Origin: a virus
IMG/VR virus record: IMGVR_UViG_3300005253_000487
Coordinates: 24,001 to 88,000 of that record
Length of the DNA: 64,000 nt
Strand: one strand, 5' to 3'
Position 1 is the first letter of the stretch; each line of letters opens with the position of its first letter. Position numbers and translations under genes: made by a program. A model generated the notes under the pieces. It was not told where the DNA came from, did not search any database, and saw only the letters and a list, made by a program, of their open reading frames with translations. Shown piece by piece: positions 58,166 through 64,000 of the stretch.

Positions 58166-58901
58166 CTGCGCCTGGACTACGTGGGCTGAGCAGGTATTGA
58201 TACCCATCGTCGTCGATGAGGACCATCTTCTTGGGTCCGCCCAAGACCAACACCGCTTCGCTGTAGTTGGTAATGATGCTCAGCACGTCGACAAACGCTT
58301 CGCCGAACAGCAACGAGTAGTCTGTCTTCGCCGTCAATTCTGCAGATTCAAACACTGCCATGTCGGAGTTGTCATTACCCACGCGCACCTTCCCACCCCT
58401 TGGGCCCACGGTTAGTTCCAACTCCGAGGCCTTGTAGAGTGCAAAGGTGGAGCGGATGCCCTCGACGAGGGCACGCGTAAGAGGCAGACCGCCGCTATCA
58501 GCCTTTGGTCCCTTGGCTAGTAACTTCGCAACGGACTCCGCCTCAAGATTGGAGCCGATGGTCTTGGGCGCCGCTGTCAGCAGGCTCAAGACCCCGCGTG
58601 CGCCCTCGTCTATAACCAGGCGGTTGTCGACGAGCTTTATTTCTACGTCGACGGCCTCGTTGCCTGTACCAGCAAGCACGCCGAGAGACTTCATCAGCTT
58701 GGTCAACTCGGAGACGCCCACCTCCTCCCCTTTCTTGACCAGCACTCCACGCGTCTTGATCGCAGGTGCAACAACCAGCAGGAGGTGGTCCGGTGTCAAT
58801 GCCGCAGTGGCAAAGGCGCCGGTGAACACTACTTCCGTTACTTGCCCGTTGCATGCTATCCGTTGGAGGTGCTGAATCAACGTGTCGCGTTTGATCTTCA
58901 C
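58158..58901 (-). CDS. sliding clamp (PCNA/gp45-like), putative
   Basis: 247 aa, C-terminal YLLSPR, next to clamp loader. Confidence 0.7.
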   Translation of the reverse strand: MKIKRDTLIQHLQRIACNGQVTEVVFTGAFATAALTPDHLLLVVAPAIKTRGVLVKKGEEVGVSELTKLMKSLGVLAGTGNEAVDVEIKLVDNRLVIDEGARGVLSLLTAAPKTIGSNLEAESVAKLLAKGPKADSGGLPLTRALVEGIRSTFALYKASELELTVGPRGGKVRVGNDNSDMAVFESAELTAKTDYSLLFGEAFVDVLSIITNYSEAVLVLGGPKKMVLIDDDGYQYLLSPRSPGADA

Positions 58902-58920
58902 AGTCCGCCCTTTCGGTCCC

Positions 58921-59640
58921 TTACTTCTTGGACGGTGAGGGTGAGGTGGACGGAGTATACCACTTCACTCCGCCGGTGTCGTTGCGGATGGCGTCGAGTG
59001 CCGCCGCGTGCGACTTGGCGTACACTTCGCCCCACTTCTTGGCCCGCTTGGCACCCAACTTCTTGGCGCGTGCCGGCGCGAAGTGTCCCGTGCGGCTGAC
59101 CCAGATACCACTCACTTTGCCCTTCGTGCCCTTGATGAGGGCGAATCGGAACAGTGTCTTGCCATCGCTACGCCGTGCCGTGGCCTTCCTCGTGGCCTTC
59201 TTCTTCGTGGTCTTTTTGGCTACGACCTTCTTCTTCGCAACCTTCTTCTTCGCGGCCTTTTTGGCTACGACCTTCTTCTTCGCGGCCTTTTTGGCTACGA
59301 CCTTCTTCTTCGCGGCCTTCTTCTTCGTGGCCTTGTCTGGCATGGAGGTGCTCCCTTCCTTGGGTGATGCCTCTTCCGGGAATGGACGTGACATCGGATC
59401 TGTGGTTGGTGTTGACGGGGCCTCCGCCTCCTCTTCTTTTTCTGGGGCGGGCGCGGCGTCGGGTTGAGGTGGTTCTGCTACCTGTTTACTGCGGCACGAC
59501 TTTCGATGGTCTTTGTAAGACCGTCGTGCCGTTTCCCGCCCATCCTTGCCGAAGTTCTCTTCCGACTCAGTCTCGCATACATAACAATGCCAAGCCCAGC
59601 CTTCGGCGTTGAGGTACACTCCAGATTTCTGCATCGGCAC
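58921..59640 (-). CDS. histone H1-like Lys/Ala-rich DNA-binding protein with N-terminal Zn-finger extension; internal start at 59343
   Basis: CYVC..HRKSC; KKAAKKKVVA repeats; AAGGAAGGGAG RBS before in-frame ATG 59343. Confidence 0.7.
   Translation of the reverse strand: MPMQKSGVYLNAEGWAWHCYVCETESEENFGKDGRETARRSYKDHRKSCRSKQVAEPPQPDAAPAPEKEEEAEAPSTPTTDPMSRPFPEEASPKEGSTSMPDKATKKKAAKKKVVAKKAAKKKVVAKKAAKKKVAKKKVVAKKTTKKKATRKATARRSDGKTLFRFALIKGTKGKVSGIWVSRTGHFAPARAKKLGAKRAKKWGEVYAKSHAAALDAIRNDTGGVKWYTPSTSPSPSKK
59241..59319. repeat. perfect 30-bp tandem repeat (about 2.6 copies) in the histone-like gene
   Basis: CCTTCTTCTTCGCGGCCTTTTTGGCTACGA. Confidence 0.9.
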
Positions 59641-59691
59641 ATCCTTGATATTGTGGTCACACTAATAGTCTGCTGGCACCAGTTACTGAAC

Positions 59692-60549
59692 CTAGAGCAC
59701 ACACCGCTGCTCTATTAAGCGGGTGAGTACTATGGGGATGAACGTTGCAGGGTCATGCCCTACCGGCAGCGTAATCAAGTGGACAGGCGTGGTGCGGACT
59801 GTCTGTAACATCCAGTGTAGGCGCGTAGCTTCTTCCAGTGCTGCTCCGTCAAGTAGGATGACGATGGGTGTGTCAGGATTGAGGCGTGCTGCCCAATCCT
59901 TTGCCCATGGCGCCGCTGTGCCCAGGAGCACGGCCGTTTGAAAACCTGCGCGGTGGACTGCGATACCATCGAGTATCCCTTCTACCAAGATACAAGGCGT
60001 AGTTAATTTACGCACACGGTACCCGGAGGCAACGTGACGGGAGGGTAGAGTATGCAGGTACTTTGGGTAGCCGTTAGTGTAGGTGCGCCCAACGTGCCCT
60101 ATCAACTCTCCGGTCCAAAAGTCTCGCACGGGTAGTACGATGCGGCTGAATAATAAATGGTCATGTTCTGTGCAGACGACGAGACCATAATGCGCGGACG
60201 TCCTTGTATCAATGCCACGTTTTGCTAAGAAGTGTGCAGCCGAGGGGACGTCCACAATCGCTTCGGATGCGAACTCCGTAGGCTTGGGTACGACGTGAGG
60301 TTTGCGTGCGCCCCCGGACATGACTGGGATGTATAACGTGGGATCATTTAACCAGTCCCGCAGTAATGTGTCTAATCTACCACCCACTCCGCACGACCAA
60401 CAATGATATAACCCGCGAATGGGATTGAGTTCTAGGTTCCACCTAGGATTGGCACACTCGCGGCAGATTTCCACCACCACTTCATCGCGTGCAATGCGGC
60501 AGGAGACGCCCATGACGGCAAGCTGCTGGCGGAGATCTTCAGGCGTCAT
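59692..60549 (-). CDS. DNA primase (Zn finger + TOPRIM)
   Basis: CREC..CWSC, GR, KY, LVEGILD; ATG 60549 via ATGA overlap. Confidence 0.85.
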   Translation of the reverse strand: MTPEDLRQQLAVMGVSCRIARDEVVVEICRECANPRWNLELNPIRGLYHCWSCGVGGRLDTLLRDWLNDPTLYIPVMSGGARKPHVVPKPTEFASEAIVDVPSAAHFLAKRGIDTRTSAHYGLVVCTEHDHLLFSRIVLPVRDFWTGELIGHVGRTYTNGYPKYLHTLPSRHVASGYRVRKLTTPCILVEGILDGIAVHRAGFQTAVLLGTAAPWAKDWAARLNPDTPIVILLDGAALEEATRLHWMLQTVRTTPVHLITLPVGHDPATFIPIVLTRLIEQRCVL

Positions 60550-60731
60550 TTCTTCTGGTGAGGCCAACGCCCATGAAGGGCAGCAACTTTTTGGTGAGAT
60601 GTCATTATAGATAGTGGGATGGGTGGTGGCAATAACCAATAGGAATGACCACTATAATTTAAATCTGTCGTTGCCCAATGACGGATCATTTCTGCATCAG
60701 TTGGTCGGCGTAACCGCTTCTGCTTTTTCAT
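60546..60731 (-). CDS. hypothetical protein
   Basis: ATGA-coupled at both ends. Confidence 0.45.
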   Translation of the reverse strand: MKKQKRLRRPTDAEMIRHWATTDLNYSGHSYWLLPPPIPLSIMTSHQKVAALHGRWPHQKK

Positions 60732-62062
60732 TTAGTGGTAGCGGTGTTGAGTTTACGATCGTCCTTGGTGGGGACGGGTTGCATGTGTCCAAGCCGTTGC
60801 CGCAGTTCCAGGGTGTTAACAGTATCAAGTTCTTGGATGATGGCAAGCTCTCGGTTAACGTAGACTTGGATCTCTTGCCCACGCCCGCCGGAATCTCGTA
60901 GCTTGAGTAATCCAATCCGTCCTTGGTGCACTTCTGCTTCCTCTGGAAGTTGGTTAAGGGACAGTAGACCATCCACCCCACGGACCTTTTGGTAGCTGTC
61001 TCCCATGTCTCGCGTTGTCAAGTGTCCCGCACGTTCTGGGCGTTTCACGGCCTGTGATGCAGTGAGTACGGTTATGTCGAACGCCGGGCATAGAGCACGC
61101 ACCTCATGGGTGATGCGGCCGAGGTCTGTGTAACCATGCTTTGCTGATGCGCGGTCGGAGAGTGTAAGTAGATCGAGATAGTCTAATGTCAGTACATCAA
61201 TCTCTCCCATGCTACGGGAAAGCCTTTCTATAATGCGCTTCAGTTCGTCAGGTTCTAGACTGTAGGCAGGAAGCTCCAAAAGGATGACTTCCCCTTGCGC
61301 TAATCTAAACCAATGCTTCAGGCGTCGTGTCACTTCAGCGATGCCTGTGTTGAACTCAGCGCGTTCCGCTTGGGCAATTGCGCGGTAGTACCTTTGGATT
61401 TGCGGGCGCACACCCAGCTCAAGGCTGAGGTGTAGACAACGGGCACCACGCCGCGCAAGGTTGGTGGTGGCGTTTTGAAGCCACATGGATTTGCCTATAC
61501 CTGTATCAGCAAACATCATCCACAACTCATTCCCCCATCCACCAATGTGTCTGTCTAGGGTGGGGTAGCCTGTCGTTAACAACTCATCTTCCCGCGCCGG
61601 TTTCACCCACGACTTTAGGTCGTTGAGGTACGCGAGCCCTTTGATGCCCGCACTCTGCACACTGCCTACTTGTTCTGCTAGGCTGACGAAGGTGTCTACA
61701 GATACATCCCCCGCCTCGTTTAGTCTTGCGCGTGCTACTTGGACGGCAGCCTGTTGAAGCTGCTTCAATGCCTCTGCGCCGAAGTAGGCGGGGGTGAACG
61801 TTGACAAGTCCATTGCGAGCAGACGTCCTAAGTTCTCACGCGTGCCGTCATGCAGTCCTTTCTCCAATGAGGACAACCACATGTCCCAGTCTCCGGGCGC
61901 CGGAAGCTTGCGGTGCTGGAGTACAAAGTCATCTGCGAAGGTAGCGATGCGCCGGAAGTATGGGTTGGCGAGAACAAGGTCGCTCCGGAGTGCTTCACCC
62001 AACTCGTCCAGCACACCCATGTCTCGTATGGCCATTGCGACAACGTGCTCGACAGTGATCAT
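60728..62062 (-). CDS. DnaB-like replicative helicase
   Basis: ADTGIGKS, SLE, LDYLD, TASQ, K.RD; start at ATG 62062. Confidence 0.9.
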   Translation of the reverse strand: MITVEHVVAMAIRDMGVLDELGEALRSDLVLANPYFRRIATFADDFVLQHRKLPAPGDWDMWLSSLEKGLHDGTRENLGRLLAMDLSTFTPAYFGAEALKQLQQAAVQVARARLNEAGDVSVDTFVSLAEQVGSVQSAGIKGLAYLNDLKSWVKPAREDELLTTGYPTLDRHIGGWGNELWMMFADTGIGKSMWLQNATTNLARRGARCLHLSLELGVRPQIQRYYRAIAQAERAEFNTGIAEVTRRLKHWFRLAQGEVILLELPAYSLEPDELKRIIERLSRSMGEIDVLTLDYLDLLTLSDRASAKHGYTDLGRITHEVRALCPAFDITVLTASQAVKRPERAGHLTTRDMGDSYQKVRGVDGLLSLNQLPEEAEVHQGRIGLLKLRDSGGRGQEIQVYVNRELAIIQELDTVNTLELRQRLGHMQPVPTKDDRKLNTATTK

Positions 62063-62382
62063 ATTTTTATTAGTGGTAGATGTGCTACAGGACCACCAAT
62101 ACGCCTTATTAAACTTCGTCTCGCTGTGGCAAAAAGTTGTGGTGTTGTGTTGTGCATCTTTTTTTGTATTGATGTGATGGCAAGTTGGCGTGTTTTGTAT
62201 GCACCGCAAACGCGTCCCCCGCTTACTTCTTCAGAGATTGTCCACACACTATGTTTCCAAGGTACACGGTGTACAAAAAGATTAGCATCTGGTAAGTGTG
62301 CAATAATTACTGGGTAACATTGGGTCGTTACACTTAGTCGAAAGAATTTTTGGTTTCTGCGGTAATGGATAAAGCGCGGCAT
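62059..62382 (-). CDS. hypothetical basic protein
   Basis: Fills the gap between loader and helicase with coupled start/stop. Confidence 0.45.
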   Translation of the reverse strand: MPRFIHYRRNQKFFRLSVTTQCYPVIIAHLPDANLFVHRVPWKHSVWTISEEVSGGRVCGAYKTRQLAITSIQKKMHNTTPQLFATARRSLIRRIGGPVAHLPLIKI

Positions 62383-63000
62383 TTATCTTCGCCTCCAATC
62401 TTGTTCTGCTTCCATGGGCACGATGCTTGCTCCCGCTAACACCCTGGACAGTTCGTGGGGTGGTAGTGCGGCAGTAAGTTCTTGGGGTGATTGATTCATC
62501 GTGATGAGCATACCGGCGCCGTTTTGATATGCAATGTCTATGAGGCGGTACACGATTTGTTGGCCCTCGTGGGTTGTAAGGACGCGTCCAAACAAATCGT
62601 CCAGCACTACAAGGCGGCGGGCTTCCTCGTAATCTTGCATGGGGTTATACGTGTTGTCCCCATAAGACGCCTTCACTTTGTCACAGAAGTCTGGAACGTT
62701 TAGCCACAGCGCCTGCACTGTGCCCACCCGTCGCACCATCCACCGATACGCTGCCACGCTTAAGTGGGACTTACCAACCCCCGGGCGTCCTGTGAGGAGT
62801 AGATGAGGTGCTCCGCCCGCTTCGCAGTCCTTAAGAAACTGTTCGAAGTGCTGACGTGTGGCTTTGGGACGCACGGTGTTCCAGTCGAAGTTGTCCGGGG
62901 CACAGTGCCAATGTGACCGTGGAAGGCCAAAGACGGTACTGCTATAATCAATGTCCAAGGCGTTTGAGCATTTCTTTTCTTGGTTGCCAACTAACGACAC
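62383..63000 (-). CDS. DnaC/IstB-like AAA+ helicase loader (start may be TTG 62958)
   Basis: LLLTGRPGVGKSHL, VLDDL, IT.N, SR. Confidence 0.85.
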   Translation of the reverse strand: MSLVGNQEKKCSNALDIDYSSTVFGLPRSHWHCAPDNFDWNTVRPKATRQHFEQFLKDCEAGGAPHLLLTGRPGVGKSHLSVAAYRWMVRRVGTVQALWLNVPDFCDKVKASYGDNTYNPMQDYEEARRLVVLDDLFGRVLTTHEGQQIVYRLIDIAYQNGAGMLITMNQSPQELTAALPPHELSRVLAGASIVPMEAEQDWRRR

Positions 63001-63520
63001 ATTGTGGGAAGTGCGGAGCGATGTCCCAGCATTGGTGGGCGAAGCGGATTAGGCGTGGGTTTTGACAACGCCACCTCCCATTGAACTGATTGACAATGAG
63101 TTGAGAGTCTGAGTAGATTTGAATGTGTTCTTGTGGATGGAACTGTCGTGCGAAGCGTAACGTGGCGCGTAGTGCTAACCACTCCGCTTCGTTGTTGGTA
63201 AAGTGTTCGCGGCTCTTTTCACGTACGATAACCAATCCAGATACACCGGACGGAAGGGCGCGGAATGTGGACCAGTATACTCCCTCCGTGCTAGGGTTCT
63301 TCCCGCCCAGCATACCCCCGTCTGTCCAGAAGCGTATGGGTGGGTTAGGGCTTACGGCATTGGCTAAGAGGTCATCAGCGCGTTGTTGTGCACATACAAC
63401 GGCCTGTCCAACCGCAGGACCTTTTATTTTGTCCTGCAATTCCAAGCGCACCGTGCCCAGTACGTCCGTAATCAGTTCACGCACCTGTGCCACAGGCAAG
63501 TGTGTATGGTCCTTAGTCAT
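62948..63520 (-). CDS. ribonuclease HI-like protein
   Basis: WTDGG, TNNEAEW.A, SDSQLIVNQ..G.W. Confidence 0.85.
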   Translation of the reverse strand: MTKDHTHLPVAQVRELITDVLGTVRLELQDKIKGPAVGQAVVCAQQRADDLLANAVSPNPPIRFWTDGGMLGGKNPSTEGVYWSTFRALPSGVSGLVIVREKSREHFTNNEAEWLALRATLRFARQFHPQEHIQIYSDSQLIVNQFNGRWRCQNPRLIRFAHQCWDIAPHFPQCVVSWQPRKEMLKRLGH

Positions 63521-63795
63521 TTATCCATCGCGCACCATTCTTCGATGGTGGGTAGCGGACCGAACAATACCTTTTCGAGGTCATCAAGTTCCTTACGCGC
63601 CTGTTCCAACGCAAGAGCACGACGCTTCAGGGAGTTCGTGTCCGTTGCACGTAATGCGTTGCGTATACGCTCCAACCTCCACCTGACAGGAGAAGCCTCA
63701 GCAAAGGTTATTGGTTGGTCGCGTATCAGTTGGCGGAGTAGACCCTTAGCCTTCATCATCAACCTCCTCGGCTGCGAAAGTATCGCGGTGGGCAA
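63517..63795 (-). CDS. hypothetical protein
   Basis: ATGA overlap with the RNase H start. Confidence 0.4.
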   Translation of the reverse strand: MPTAILSQPRRLMMKAKGLLRQLIRDQPITFAEASPVRWRLERIRNALRATDTNSLKRRALALEQARKELDDLEKVLFGPLPTIEEWCAMDK

Positions 63796-64000
63796 TAACG
63801 GCCTCCGCTGCTTTCTTTACTTCGGATGGGTCCTTTTGCAACGACAACATCATGTCTATTACGAGTCGTTCGTGTTCTGCTAGCCCACTTGGCGTCCCAC
63901 CCTCCAGTAATTCAGTCACACCAAGGATGTTTTTTAGAGCATCCTGCGTTGGCGGCTCTCCAGTAGGGGCGGGCTGTGGGAGCAACCTACGTCCATGCAC
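63746..64000 (-). CDS. hypothetical protein (probably partial)
   Basis: Open to the window edge. Confidence 0.4.
   Translation of the reverse strand: MHGRRLLPQPAPTGEPPTQDALKNILGVTELLEGGTPSGLAEHERLVIDMMLSLQKDPSEVKKAAEAVIAHRDTFAAEEVDDEG

Noticed and set aside
49424-62062. Inteins or introns in polymerase, clamp loader or helicase
   Set aside because: Protein lengths and motif spacing are compact; no intein-like insertions noticed.

Overview
A 64 kb internal segment of a tailed dsDNA phage genome (siphovirus-like; no terminase, portal, integrase or tRNA seen in the window), built as two convergent arms that meet at ~33.75 kb. The + arm holds a sugar/methyl-transferase cluster (1-6.9 kb), a head morphogenesis gene, a head-proximal fibre-like module, the DUF2213 protease/scaffold, decoration plus capsid, head-tail joining genes, tail tube, tape measure, a lambda-like tail tip and a holin/amidase/spanin-like lysis block. 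The - arm holds replication and recombination genes: RNase H, DnaC-like loader, DnaB-like helicase, primase, clamp and clamp loader, a UDG-PolA fusion, SSB, RecA/UvsX and an Mre11-Rad50 fusion. It also encodes a 7-deazaguanine DNA-modification pathway (FolE, QueD, QueE, QueC, DpdA/TGT-like). The most striking feature: queC abuts an SbnA-like gene and is followed by SbnB-like and divergent alanine-racemase genes, i.e. a phage-encoded L-2,3-diaminopropionate (Dap) synthesis/racemisation module inside the DNA-modification region. I infer a possibly undescribed Dap-conjugated 7-deazaguanine modification. Other oddities are an archaeal-type CTP-dependent riboflavin kinase nested in another reading frame, an XRE HTH inside the prohead protease, a stop-less decoration-capsid fusion and a QueE with CX3CX7C spacing. 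All family calls come from motif recognition by eye, not database searches. Several lost or extra stops could be consensus errors.
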